A stretch of DNA of 64,000 bases from Fistulifera solaris (Eukaryota): assembly GCA_030295235.1 (NCBI GenBank), contig AP026134.1:124001-188000 (forward strand). Reading direction: 5' to 3'. Below, one piece after another: positions 51,445-63,450 of this stretch. The position numbers and the translations under genes were made by a program. Positions within the stretch are counted from its first letter, which is position 1; each line of letters opens with the position of its first letter. The notes under the pieces are model-generated. The model ran no database searches, was not told the origin of the DNA, and worked only from the letters and a program-made list of their open reading frames with translations.

Positions 51445-52579
51445 TCATTTGTAAACTTGGTCATGAGCGCCAGCCACGCTCGTAGGAGGAACGGCGGCGA
51501 TTCCTTCATCTTCAACAACGACGGCTCCTCTGCCTCGTTCTTCGTCGTCTTCTTCCGAGTGCTCAACTTCTTTGCCTTGTACATGATCATCTTCGGAATC
51601 ATCATTGCCAGGCGTGACAGCACCAAGCCCACGATACAACGCTGACGCTACCAGACCGGCCGCCAGCGCGAACGAACCCCAAGAAAAGAAGTACAGGGTA
51701 CTAAAGGTGGGAGCTGGTGCATGATCCGAGAATGTAATGTAGGTGATACCGAAGCACCAAGCTGTCAGAAGGAGAATGGAAAACGCTGTTTCGATGATAC
51801 CCAAACGTGTGGGCAAGCACAAATCCACCATCATCCACAAGAAGGCCAAAAAGCCACCGATCGCCCCCAACCAAGTGGCGTACTGCAAACGATCGCACAT
51901 GGTCGTCTTGTCATCATCGCACATCATGTCTTCGTATTGACGGGATGCAGCCATCATGGCAATCAAACTTGTCGCCACGAAAGCACCCCACGAGAGAAAG
52001 CTACTGCTACTTTTTTTCGTCTTTGGCCACGTCCCTGTCAAAGAACAGGCGCATGGATCCCACGAGAACGTTGACTGCAGCGATCAATCCCAACCAAGGG
52101 AAAATAAAGAGGTTGGCGTTGATGATTTCACCGAATTCGCCCTGGGTTGCAATGTTGTGCTTTGGGTTCATGATAGTGGGCATGACCGCAGCCCAAATTC
52201 CCACGGTAAGAAAAGCCTGGCGAACAGATAGCAAGTAGATTCAGACTTATAAGAAAAGTATTAAATGATAATGCCCATCCAATTCATCGAAACTTACCAA
52301 CGTGCACTCCAACAAGTTCCCCACGAAGCGATGACGCAACGCCAGTCCCATGAGAAAACCGATACTTGCCAAGCCGAGAGCACAGATGATAGCGGATCCC
52401 ACCCATGTAATCTTTTTGCCTTGATCTTTAAAATTCTCTCGCCCATTAAAGCGTTCTAGGTCTTGAAACAAGGCCACCAAGGCAATCGTTGCAAAAGCAG
52501 CGGAAAAGAACCAGTTCGTGTGCTGGCTGTTGTGCTGCGTCCTCTCCTCATAGTGCGCGTTCGGTTGAAGAAATGTCAT
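51445..52579 (-). CDS. Multi-pass membrane protein, tandem paralogue B (intron 52217-52297)
   Basis: Closely similar to 49757-50899 (HNSQHTNWF, AFLTVGIWAAVMP, APAPTFSTLYFFSW, GIAAVPPTSVA...YK*). Indel in the T-run at ~52010-52017. Confidence 0.85.
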
Positions 52580-53377
52580 GATTGCAAGTATATATAAACC
52601 TTGTGCTTGTGCTTTCCTGTTGTATTTTGAATTGATTTGGTTTTTGAAATAATATTCGAGTTGACAACAAAATGTCACGTGTTCATTTTTATGCAATCAC
52701 CTATCAAAGGATCCTGCACGAAAATCTTCCCAACAAAACGAACTCAAATTCGCGAACTCTTGTTTTTCCTAGAACGATGTCGATCGATGAGAATACACAT
52801 ACATACACACATGTTTCCTATTTCCCAAATGGTAGAACCATTCTTTCTCGGTACACACGCATTTCATTATAGATAGATGATCGAAGAACGATCTCACCCG
52901 GCTTCGGTCGCCTTCGCGCTTCGTGAATGTTCCATTCCAGCTGTCAAAGGCTGTTGTACAACCTGTGGGGTTCGTTTTTTCTCATCCAAACGTATCTTTT
53001 GGACTGGTTTTGCGAACTCTGGTTGTCAGCGGATGCAAAGGCGGATGTGTAATGTCATCAACACGAACGCAAACGTAACGGCTCGTGCCATGAGGAAAAA
53101 TGAATCAGTACCTGTGCGATATATGAAGCAGGATTATGACACGTACTACGTAGTATATTATTTATCCTCTTGTTCGTCTGTACGTCGCTCTTTGCGTCTG
53201 TCGTCTGTCATAGGTTGCGGACAACAGGCCGTCGACCAAGAAAAATAAAATCGCAGAAAAAATATGTAACGCTGTCATTTTCTTTGATTTCTACCTCCTA
53301 CCAATCTACCTCGGAACAAGTGCGAAGAAACACAAAAAGAAACGATAATTGTGCACTTCTCTTTTACCAACAGCATC

Positions 53378-55419
53378 ATGGGGAAGAACACGAAACGTAA
53401 ACATCGGCGGAAACAGCAATTAGGGAATCCACAAGACGAACGAGTACACGAAGGACCGTCGATTGTGGCGAAACTCCGACACAATGATCCCAAAATGCGT
53501 CATGCCGCTTTGGCGGCATTAGTTCATATATCCTCGAAGATGCATCCGACTACTTTGCAGGCGGTACGCGATCAGTTGATGGATCGTACCCATACCGAAT
53601 GTGCCTCCATGGCGGCGGCTTGTTTGTCAAACTTTTTGGCGTTTTCGTTGGAGAAGGACGACTTTCATGCTTTGACCGCGGGATGGGTGTTGTTGCTGGT
53701 GGAACGGCTCCGCGATTGTTACCAACAGATAGAGTCCAGTAACAATGGTGCGACGATATTGTCGTCGACACAACTCTATTTGCTATGGGAATTAGCCGAA
53801 CGGTGCTGGACGTGTCTGGTGCATCTGGTGGAGAACAATCCTTTGGCTATGGAACGGTTGTTGCGATCCGCTTCCTTACAGCAAGATGTGACGCAGCTGC
53901 TAGTATCGTTTCTGCATCTCAAGTGCAGTGTTGATCACCAAACTTTGGTGGACGCTCTGCATACAATGGCGACTCGATGCTTGCATTCCATGTGGGATGA
54001 TAATGGGGATTTGATTGCGTCATGGGCTGTCACTCCAACTGTGTACCAATCACTGGAACTCTTGATTTCATTTCTTCGTGATACAGCTTCGACGACGGCT
54101 CGTTTGCATGTCATTGGAGCCTGGTGTTCGTTTTGGAGTTGGACACAACAAAATTCGTTTCAGTGGGGGACGTTACAACCGTCAATTGTGCTCCATGATT
54201 GCCTCACGATCTTGCGGCAAACATTGGTATGGGATGCTCCAGCACGTGCTTTGCAAATCGCACATTTAGTGACACTGTACCGAACGCACCAAAAGGAGGA
54301 AGCAGATGAAGTATTAGAAAAGCAAATTGTATCGGATCAACAGAAAAGAAAGAACCGGCGAAACTTATCGCACGTCGGTTGAAAGAGAAACGAAAACAGG
54401 ATGAAAATCGCCCCAAAGACACGACGACAGAAATCCCGACAGACTCGGCAATGCAAGAAGAACCAAGTTTGGATTGGGAATCGGCTTTAGACCAGTGGTT
54501 GTCGTCAATTCGGCCGCTCCAACTGGCATTGGAGATTACGGCAAATCTTTCCATCGGAATTTCTACAACATCTGATGACGCTACGGAGGATGGTGATGAG
54601 CTTATGATAGACAGTCACACGTCAATGAATGCAGAACTTCGCCAACTTTTACTCGATACATCAATCCCAGATTGCATTGTCGAATTAATGAGGCATTTGT
54701 ACCAACCTTTGTGGAGTGACGCGAGTACGCAGGACGCCGCAGTTGCTATTCGAAGTACCATTGGCGACTTGCAATCTAAGGTTGCCGTCTGTGTTGGGCA
54801 TTGTGTCACGAGTCTTCAAGATGATCATCGTTCGTGGAACGTGGACGCAGTAGCATTGTGGAACCACTTGACACAGGCGTCACAGGCTGTTGCTGATGAA
54901 AATGCAACAGAATCACTATTTGCATCAATGGTCATGGCTCTACAAAGTGCGAAAGGAAATGCAATTCTTCACTCGTTTGAATTGAAAGATGTGGAATTCT
55001 TACTGCATCAGCTAAAACTGACCAAGTTTACGGTTGGCGCACGAGATTTGATTTGTATGCTCGGTATCATTCTGTGTAGCAGCTTTGAGCGCGATGGCTT
55101 TCGTTACCATACATCTGAAGTTAACGAAACGGTCGCTCAAACGCTCATTGACATGGGTACCAGCGCGGCGGAGCGTCATTCTGCCGTAATATTATCGGAA
55201 ACGTTCCGCGTGCTGATGGATGTATACGGCAACGATGATTGCCACCCACGAATATTTGATTCGCTAAACATGTTGGGCTACTTTCAAAAGTATGTTCCCG
55301 CTTTGAAGCAATGTATTCACTTGTCACGCGATGCAAGCCCCGACGAAATCAGGCAATGGAAAGAGACAGCTTCCAATGCCTCCCGCTTTATCCAGTACAA
55401 AAAGGGATATGGTAACTAA
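53378..55419 (+). CDS. HEATR3: HEATR3/Syo1-like (symportin) ARM/HEAT protein
   Basis: MGKNTKRKHRR N-terminus, LALEITANL followed by an acidic loop, LMDVYGNDD, and NASRFIQYK end. Indel at ~54344-54347. Confidence 0.75.
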
Positions 55420-55491
55420 AGCAACGACGAACATAATCATATTTTATATTGTACAATAAAGCAAATAAAAGAAATGTGATTGACTTTGAAA

Positions 55492-56133
55492 CTACGCCAG
55501 AACAGGCTCCCTGGCTTGTTCAGCTTGTGTTACTTCTTGTTGCTCCGGTACTTTGATATCGGGAAGTTTGTTGGAAGGTACATCCGGCAATTGGATCTTT
55601 TCTTCTGGTCTCCCATTCACCTCCAAGTCTAATGCTAAAAGTTCAGCTTCAACTGCCTCTTCGTCTTCCGCAGATAGTGTCGGAACAGCAGAGAGAATTT
55701 CCGTGATCTCATTTTCTACTTCAATCTCTTCTTTGATTTCATCCATCAGATTCAGAACATCATCCACAGTTGTTTCCTCGTGCATCTTCTTCAAACTATC
55801 CTTGCCAGCAGCCAATGCTAACAATAATTTGCTCTCGTTTTGCTTCGAGTCGATCGTTTCTACCATTTTCAATACATTCAAAAGTTGGTCTTCGCACAGG
55901 GCTGCCTGTGTTTGCTTGTATTTGCGCAGACGCAGTATCCCTAAAGCACGCTCCTTTTTACCCGCATCGCGAGCAATTCGAGCTTGTTGCACTAGCCGCG
56001 CATCGTCATGTTCTAATTTGGTGCGATACTTTTGCAAACGGTCGCGTGCATTCTTCAAGTCGAGAATGGCGCGATCAATATCAGTGATTTCTGGCTTCTT
56101 CGAAGTGGTTTTCTTACTCAAAGCTCCGCCCAT
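55492..56133 (-). CDS. VPS20: ESCRT-III subunit VPS20/CHMP6
   Basis: MGGALS myristoylation-type start, ITDIDRAILDLKNARDRL, KERAL..LR.RKY, EDEEAVEAEL, LPDVPS..LP (MIM2). Confidence 0.93.
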   Translation of the reverse strand: MGGALSKKTTSKKPEITDIDRAILDLKNARDRLQKYRTKLEHDDARLVQQARIARDAGKKERALGILRLRKYKQTQAALCEDQLLNVLKMVETIDSKQNESKLLLALAAGKDSLKKMHEETTVDDVLNLMDEIKEEIEVENEITEILSAVPTLSAEDEEAVEAELLALDLEVNGRPEEKIQLPDVPSNKLPDIKVPEQQEVTQAEQAREPVLA

Positions 56134-56287
56134 CGTTGATTGCAGTTATCTGTAGAAGTCAAGCGAGTTCTATGATATTTTGAAGGCAAATGGTACCTAG
56201 TAGGGTCAAAGCAAAGCTCACCGTCAATCGTTTTGTTCGTCCGGTTGAGAACAGAGGGACAGCGGGACAGCATTCATGACTCATGAC

Positions 56288-56619
56288 TAGACCTCTGTCC
56301 GTTCCCAGTTCACTCCAACAGGGAGGGAGTGAACAGGGATTTTGATCGAACAAGGAGTGAACTGGGAGCATTCCCTGTACGAATTAATAAGTCCCGTTTA
56401 CGAAATATGGTAGTCAGTCCCTAATCCTTAACGCTTTAGATTAGAGATTTTCTGTTGATTTACCGCGCAAACAAAGGAATAAAGGTCTCTGAGTGCCGGT
56501 CAGACGCCCACCCACTCATTCCCTGTTAAACAGGGAATTGGGAAAATGAACGAGGAAGGGAATTTAACTGGGATCCCAGTTGGGAATTCCCTGTTAAACG
56601 GAGAACGGACAGAGGTCTA
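56288..56619 (+). mobile_element. hAT-type MITE, copy 1 (332 bp)
   Basis: 17-bp perfect TIR TAGACCTCTGTCCGTTC and perfect 8-bp TSD CTCATGAC (56280-56287 and 56620-56627). No coding capacity. Confidence 0.95.
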
Positions 56620-57437
56620 CTCATGACTGACTCCACTGAATTGAAATCACGGGATAGAATGAAATATTGATGTCGTACTGGTATCTAGATGCCGTTAACA
56701 AAAATCTGGAAGGACCGAAACCGAAAACCGAAAACAGGTTACTTGTACTGGTACCTGGTACAGTACAGGGTACAGGGTGACGGAAACGGAAAATTACAGA
56801 TTTCCGAACTAGTGAAAGTGAAAGGGGAAGGAAAACCGCAAAACCTCAGCTGACATCTGACGTGAAACGAAGCCACAGCATAAGGGCCACGGGCCATGGG
56901 CAACTGGCCAGGTTTTTCCGTTTTCCGGAGATGCCCTGTCTGTTACAAACACAAGGCTACTACAAGGCTTACTAGTAACTTGGTGCTCTTGCTAGCCGAT
57001 GAGAAATGAGAAGTTAAACGACTATTATTACAGACACTCTCTAGAGCAAGTCAGAAGCGAAAAAAGAAAAAAAAACTACCAACTACCAACTACTGCTTAT
57101 ACTCCGTATCAACTATCGAATTCACAAGTATGAAACCCGAAAATAAGCGTTTCGACTTGTGACAGTGAAGGACAGTCGTACTACGTAAGCAAGTAGCACG
57201 CGCGACGCTCGCTCGCTTTTTATCCCTCACCACTCACCACGCCACGTGCCACATACGAGCGGCAGAATTTGGGGACGGCGGATTCCACGGCGGAACTTGG
57301 GTTGGAGATAATGGAAACTCCGAAACGACGAATCCTGCTTGCAGGATACCAGGTACCGGTACCGGTAACTTATTACCACAATCATCACAAGCTCACTATA
57401 TCAACCCTTCATAAGATTCCAACTGAAATATCCTACA

Positions 57438-58202
57438 ATGAATCATTATAAACGCTTGATCCGCAGCCGCGCATCTCTTGCGATGAATGAGCAAGGCTTG
57501 ATGCTTCTTCGAAATCTCGACTATGAAGAGGCAATCACATTTTTTCATGGCGGCCTCGAAACCTTACTAGAGGAGCATCAGTGTTGCCCAGTTGACGATG
57601 TAAAGTTCTCATCGAAATCGGCAGATTTGCTGCGTGCAAAGGCATCCGACGACAAGGCTTCCTTTGGGTTGGCGACTCGGACAAATCTTCTCATGTCGGC
57701 TTCATATAGTCTGGATACGATCCAAGAAATCCACAACGAAATTCTTACGTTGTTCAACAAGCCTCTCTCTTTACGCGTCGAACTTCTCGACGAAGTTTGG
57801 GATGACGATGTCGTCCAAAATCTCCTGATTGGTGTTTACTTCTACAACGCTGGTCTGGCATTTCATCTTCAAGCGCTCGCTTCAAATAGCAGTGAAAGCA
57901 TGTCCAAGGCCGCTGAGCATTATGCCATCTCGTATGCGCGCTTTCTTTATTGCTCCTTCTACAATGGCAAAGACGTTGACGCGACACTTGGGTTGTTGGT
58001 GACATCAAACAATATTGCTCACATTCATGCTTTCTGTCGGAATATGGAACAAGTTGAAGTTTGCGTTGAAGAGCTAGCAAGCAAATTGTCCAATTTCGTC
58101 ACTCAATCTGGAGACACACATCACGTCAACAACTGCCGCATGTTTCTTCAAAACGTTTGCTACTTTCAAGAGTCTGTCTTTTTGTCTGCGCCAGCTGCTT
58201 AA
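57438..58202 (+). CDS. Diatom-type TPR-like protein with C-terminal APAA motif (paralogue 2)
   Basis: MNEQGL...AI.FF..GL / FYNAGLAFH / NNIAHIH / FLQNVCYFQE...SAPAA*. Confidence 0.82.
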   Translation: MNHYKRLIRSRASLAMNEQGLMLLRNLDYEEAITFFHGGLETLLEEHQCCPVDDVKFSSKSADLLRAKASDDKASFGLATRTNLLMSASYSLDTIQEIHNEILTLFNKPLSLRVELLDEVWDDDVVQNLLIGVYFYNAGLAFHLQALASNSSESMSKAAEHYAISYARFLYCSFYNGKDVDATLGLLVTSNNIAHIHAFCRNMEQVEVCVEELASKLSNFVTQSGDTHHVNNCRMFLQNVCYFQESVFLSAPAA

Positions 58203-58327
58203 ATACTAGCATTATGATTTACTCTAAACAACGCATATATTATAAGAATTATGTAGAACAAAAATAGAAGTAGCGGCTGATTTTTGGCCACTTCGAAGAA
58301 GCAGGTGAGGCTTTCAACCATCGTCGC

Positions 58328-59114
58328 TCATGCTACAGGCGCCGAAAACATTTCCTTTCGAACAAACAAATGTTAAGAAAGCAAATCATATATTCTCCTT
58401 CCGAAAGGCAAGGCTCGGTGTCGGGAGGTGTTGGCAGTGCCAGAGACATCATGCGGCGTGACATTTCCAGTTTACACCTTGTGGCTTCGTCGTAATCTTG
58501 AAAGTAAGCATGGATATGACCCAAATTATTGACGACGCACAAAAAAGGAAGAAGGAAAATGGTAGTAGGATCATTCAACGACAGGAAAGTATTGTACGCC
58601 ATGAGGTACATTCCGTGAGCCTTCGCAACTTTCCTCGAATGTCCTTGAATCAAACCTTCAATATTGTAGGCCAGTCCCAAGTTAAAAACGAGTATGCCCG
58701 TTATTAAGAGGTTCCTTGTGCGATTTTCAAGCTTTGCATTTTCATTCCAGTAGAGAGCCCGATTAAAAGGCTAAACACTCCATCCGGAGACGCTGTGCTT
58801 CTGTGTTCGGGCACCTCGATACTAGCAACAAGCCTTCTTCCGGAGACAGACTGCTCGTCATCTTGAATAGCTTTCATAATGTCGTCATCCATGTTTAGGT
58901 CTAGTCTCAAGACCTTGATAGCATTGTGGAAGAAATGTATCGCTGCTTGAGTGTCATTTTGTTGAAGAAACCGGATGCCCTCGCAATTGAAATACCACAC
59001 GTTTTTCAAGCTCGCGTCGCTGTTCAACCTGGCATCCGCCAGAGGATCCGCCATGCTGGTCGTCCCCGACGCCATCTCGGGCAAACAAGCGATCTGATCT
59101 CTCACAGATTGCAT
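58328..59114 (-). CDS. Diatom-type TPR-like protein (paralogue 3, ends SAPVA), convergent with paralogue 2
   Basis: FNCEGI..L...AI.FF..A / FNLGLAY / NNLGHIH / FLNICLFE...SAPVA*. Indels near ~58770 and ~58345-58348. Confidence 0.72.
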
Positions 59115-59852
59115 GGTTGCACAAGTAGTTGTGATCCAAAGATTTGGAAGATCTTCTCCATATCGATCCTGTGTTCGTATGTTTGCGCTCCTTTTCCGTC
59201 ATGCCGGATGGTCGAAAATCGAGACCAGCTGTTCAGAGATAAATACACTGATGCCCAAAGTACAATCGATAACACGATTCTTACTTGTATCGTTTGGGGC
59301 TTTCATTGTGTATTGACAACGAATACCGTTTTGAACGTTGTACTGGATTTCACAAGGCCCGGCTGACTCTTTGTAATATGTGAAAGATTGCAGTTGCATG
59401 TGACAGAAAATGATGACACGCTCCGTTTCGAAATCAGTCAACCAATCAAAGAGGGCCGTCAGCCGGACTGTTTTCAGGTCACGGATCCGAGATCACCTCA
59501 GTACAATCTATTGTATATCATAGCCACACGAGTTGATCCTGGACTCAGAAGATCAATTGGAACGTCATTACTCCGTTGTTCCTCGTTCAAGCTGTGTGAA
59601 GCATTTTGTACGCAATCTGTCCAGAAAGTGGACGTGATAAACTTTAACAAAGTATCTCAGTGAGACATGACGTCATTTGAAACAAAAACGGTCAACATGG
59701 TCTGTCTGGTGCTCCGGTCGCCGGGGTCTGGGGTTTTTTATTTTATTTTCTCACGCAAAAACCATAAAAATCTTCAAACAAAACCGGAAGCTCGCATCAT
59801 CCTGTTTCCAAAAGCTCATTCGAAATTGACGTTTTTATTAAACTGCATTATA

Positions 59853-60728
59853 ATGACAGAGAGAAAAAAGAGAAAACTAAAGGAACTCGATAGCACAATC
59901 GATGATGAAGAGGATGCCGAGCTTCTCGCTGCTGCCGCAGCTTGGGCCGACCAAGCAGGACCAACCACGCCGGATCGATCTTCCACCCGACCCAATAAAT
60001 TAAGCTTGCACATAACTCAGATTCCCTATGAGTGCACAGAGCTAGATATACGGTCCCACTTCGCCGCGAAAGGTTGTGCGGTTTGTTCCGTACGTATGGT
60101 ATACGACGAAGCAGGGGGAAAGGGCAGACAATTTCGCGGCGTGGCGTTTTGCGATGTCGCCGATGAGCAGTCGTACGAATTGGCGCTAAAGGAAATACAT
60201 CGCAGTCGACTGTTGGGACGGAAAATCAATGTTCGTCCTACCAAAACACGCGAAGAACTATCCAACATTGTCGAACGAACCAAAGAAATTGTGACGGAGC
60301 GCAAAAGTTGGCTCTTGCCGCCATGAATTCGGGAGAGAAAATGCCCGAAGAGTTGACGGCGAGTTCCAGCAAGAAACGAAAAAAGAATGACAAAAAATCT
60401 GCAGCAATTGACGACAAGAACATTTCTTCCAAAAACGATGGCAAAAAGAAAGCGCCTTCCACGAAACCTGATGACAACGACGGTGACGGAGAGGGAAATC
60501 GTTTAGAAAAAAAAAGTCGAAAAGAAAAAGCTGAAACTCAAGAGTGAAAAGACCATGTCTTTGTCGAAACGCGGTGCCAATAAAGGGAAGTCAAAACACA
60601 GTGATACAGAAAAGACAACTCAGAAACAAAGACGAGAAAGTAAAGAAGCAAAGGAGAAACCCAAACTTACAAAAAAGCAAAGAAACAGACGTGCTGCGAT
60701 CCTTGCTCAACAAAGATTTAAAAAGTAA
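59853..60728 (+). CDS. RRM-domain RNA-binding protein with Lys-rich tail (Nop6-like)
   Basis: RNP2-like LHITQIPY, RNP1 FRGVAFCDV, GRKINVRPT. C-terminus KLTKKQRNRRAAIL is reached after A-run indels. Confidence 0.8.
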
Positions 60729-60798
60729 CTAGTAGCGTAAAGAAACTGCAATGATAAATATACATATCTAGATCGTTACATCTTGCGAAAAGGACACT

Positions 60799-61586
60799 CT
60801 AAGCTGTCGAATCAAGTAGCGGCTGCGATAACGCGTCGCTTCGATTCATATGATCATCCGTTGGTGCCACTTCACGACTCTCCTCCGACATGAATTCGCA
60901 GCATGGATTACTGGTCACATGCCGCGCTTCATCCGTGATGCTATCCACTTCATCGGAAGATGTATCGAAGCCCATACGTTGAAAAAATATCGCATAACCT
61001 ACCGCAAGACCGACAACAACACACAGCAGTAGCTCTAACGAAAAGGTCATGGTCACCAACATGAGTGTATATCCCAACAGAGCCTGCGTTCCGTGCAAGA
61101 CCGCCACCGAGGAACGCAGCCATAGGGCCTTGGCATCTTGACCCTGAAGGGCATGAAGGCGTGCCGCCCGCACCACGCGGTGTCGGAGCTTGGAAAATCC
61201 TTCCACCGACACGGCCAGAAAAAAGACACCCATCATGGCCATGTAAAATTTGGTGGGCGTGTCGAGTGTCCACTCGGGGAAGAGTAAATTGAGACAAGGC
61301 TGATTGCCGCGGAGACTGAAGCGAAATCCTGTCAACGACACGCAATGAGATTAGCACTAAAAGTTAGTATCAGGTATACTACAGAATTCCGAAGGCCATT
61401 TCTTCTTACCATCCATGTACATGATCATGTTGCCCATGCTACTTTGACAGAACGGAACCGAAGTCGAATTCGAGCCCTCGGCTGTCAGAATTTCCCAATC
61501 ATTTGAAACGTCCATGGCCACACCGACTTTTGGTTTCAGAAGTGTCAGAGCAAAGGATATAATTAAGAGAAGACGAAAGGCTGCAT
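60799..61586 (-). CDS. Ctr (SLC31) copper transporter (intron 61329-61409)
   Basis: Met-rich MGNMIMYMD|GF, CLNLLFPEWTL, TM2 MLVTM (MxxxM), TM3 GLAVG, C-terminal PCC. Start at 61586 needs one T; alternative ATG at 61516. Confidence 0.9.
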
Positions 61587-62211
61587 ACGAACACTATCAA
61601 CATTGTTTATGCTGTGAGGTCTTTGATCTTTCGATGGGCACGACTCCCTCGTTTCATGTTTCATTGATCGTCCCTGACGGAGGCTTTGTACCACAGTGTA
61701 CGTGTCGGCCCGAGCAGCGAAACGTTATTATTGCAGATGTTCGCAACCTGTGCAGTTTTTCGAGTCCTGGTCGAACGCCAGTCCCGGGTGATTGTGAGCG
61801 GAACGAAAAAAAGTAATGTAGGAACCTCACTTCTTTACCTTTGGTCTATCAAGCGCCACCAAAGTATTGCGTGATCGGAATGCTACTATATGGCGCTTTG
61901 GCAGTGACAAGTCTTTGACACAAAGAAGAGATGATTGCTAACTTCCTTTGATTCATCGTCTAAGGATCTGCGCCACCAAGAAGCAAGAGTTAGCGATGTG
62001 TTATAGCCCTATTAGCATCCTGAATTAAACCTCGTTTTCCTTTTGTTTAGAGTTGCTGCTGATCTTTTGCAACTTGCACTCGTGCGTTAAGATTTGCCGA
62101 CGCGTACAAATCTGATGTACATACATGGCTTTTCCTTCCTCGAAAGTAAAAGGAGGATCTATTGCAATAATCTCTTACTATCATTTGGATGAAACTGATA
62201 GTTAAACAGGT

Positions 62212-62879
62212 TTATTCGTCTATTTTGTGTTTTTGATATTCGGCGGGAAAGAAAATGAGATTCATTTAAGATAAAAGATACTTCGCAGTTGTTTGTTCCA
62301 AAAGTAACTTACCGTCATCTTCGTCGTCTTCCTCTTCGTCATCATCTTCTCCGAATTTCAGAGACTTCACTGTAAACGTATCCCAACCTCCACCTTGAGT
62401 TCCTTTCGTAGGTTCAAACAAAGGTTTCGCTTTGATTTCCTCTTCTTCCTCTTCGTCTTCCTCGGCGTTCTCGCTTTCTTCATCTCCGCCATCTTCATCA
62501 GACTGTTCCTCTTCTCCATCATCTCCAGATCCTTCCCCTTCGTTTGCTTCTTCTTCGGCGCTTTCTTCCTCTTCTTCTTCTTCTTCATCATCATCCTTCG
62601 CTGTCGAGCCACCGTGTTGCTTTTGGTAGGCCTCCAAACGCGCCATTCGTGCATTGTGAACGATCGTCAGATCCGCCTCCGGATCCGGGCCTAAGCCTTT
62701 TCCAGTAGCCACTCGGGGTCTAGAGCGGGCCAGATCACCCAGGTAAAGCCCACCAAGACGGGAAAGGCCCAAGTGACAACAGCACGAGCACCGGCGCCGA
62801 CTTTGGGGATCTGCGTCGACATGGTTCGACTGGCGACGCGCGGCATTTGCGCCGTTACAGCTCGTCTCACTCCAAACAT
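62212..62879 (-). CDS. Mitochondria-targeted single-TM protein with very acidic C-terminus (intron 62220-62312)
   Basis: Presequence MFGVRRAVTAQMPRVASRTMS, TM WAFPVLVGFTWVIWPALD. An indel at ~62698-62701 joins it to the Glu/Asp-rich tail. The last exon encodes only DE*. Confidence 0.7.
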
Positions 62880-63119
62880 TGTAAATATTTTTAACTGCAC
62901 TGATATTCGAACAAAGAAACGCTCAATGAGGCACCAACTGAGCGATCCGTCGAAAGCGAATAATCATCGTCTCCAATCGTCGCGTCGCGCGCTCAACGAC
63001 GAACAAGGAACAAGACGTACAGCGGAAGAGAAGATTCTGTAAGGTTCAGGTTTTGAATTTTTGAGGATGACGTTCAAGATGACGTAAGCCGTTTTTAAGA
63101 CGACTTTTTGTCTTCCACG

Positions 63120-63450
63120 TAGACCTCTGTCCGTTCTCCGTTTAACAGGGAATTCCCAACTGGGATCCCAGTTCAATTCCCTTCCTCGTTCATTTTCCCA
63201 ATTCCCTGTTTAACAGGGAATGAGTGGTGGACGTCTGACCGGCAATCAGAGACCTTTATTCCTTTGTTTGCGCGGTAAATCAACAGAAAATCTCTAATCT
63301 AAAGCGTTAAGGATTAGGGACTGACTACCATATTTCGTAAACGGGACTCATTAATTTGTACAGGGAATGCTCCCAGTTCACTCCTTGTTCGATCAAAATC
63401 CCTGTTCACTCCCTCCCTGTTGGAGTGAACTGGGAACGGACAGAGGTCTA
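63120..63450 (-). mobile_element. hAT-type MITE, copy 2 (331 bp, inverted relative to copy 1)
   Basis: Same 17-bp TIR and perfect 8-bp TSD CTTCCACG (63112-63119 and 63451-63458). Differs from copy 1 at only a handful of positions. Confidence 0.95.

Noticed and set aside
7245..60728. Functional cluster of RNA-metabolism genes (IGHMBP2, PRORPs, AspRS, SAC3, HEATR3, RRM)
   Set aside because: They are interspersed with unrelated genes over 50 kb, as expected by chance in a compact genome.
56288..63450. One composite transposon carrying the TPR-like, RRM, Ctr and mitochondrial genes between the two MITEs
   Set aside because: Each MITE has its own distinct 8-bp TSD, showing independent insertions.
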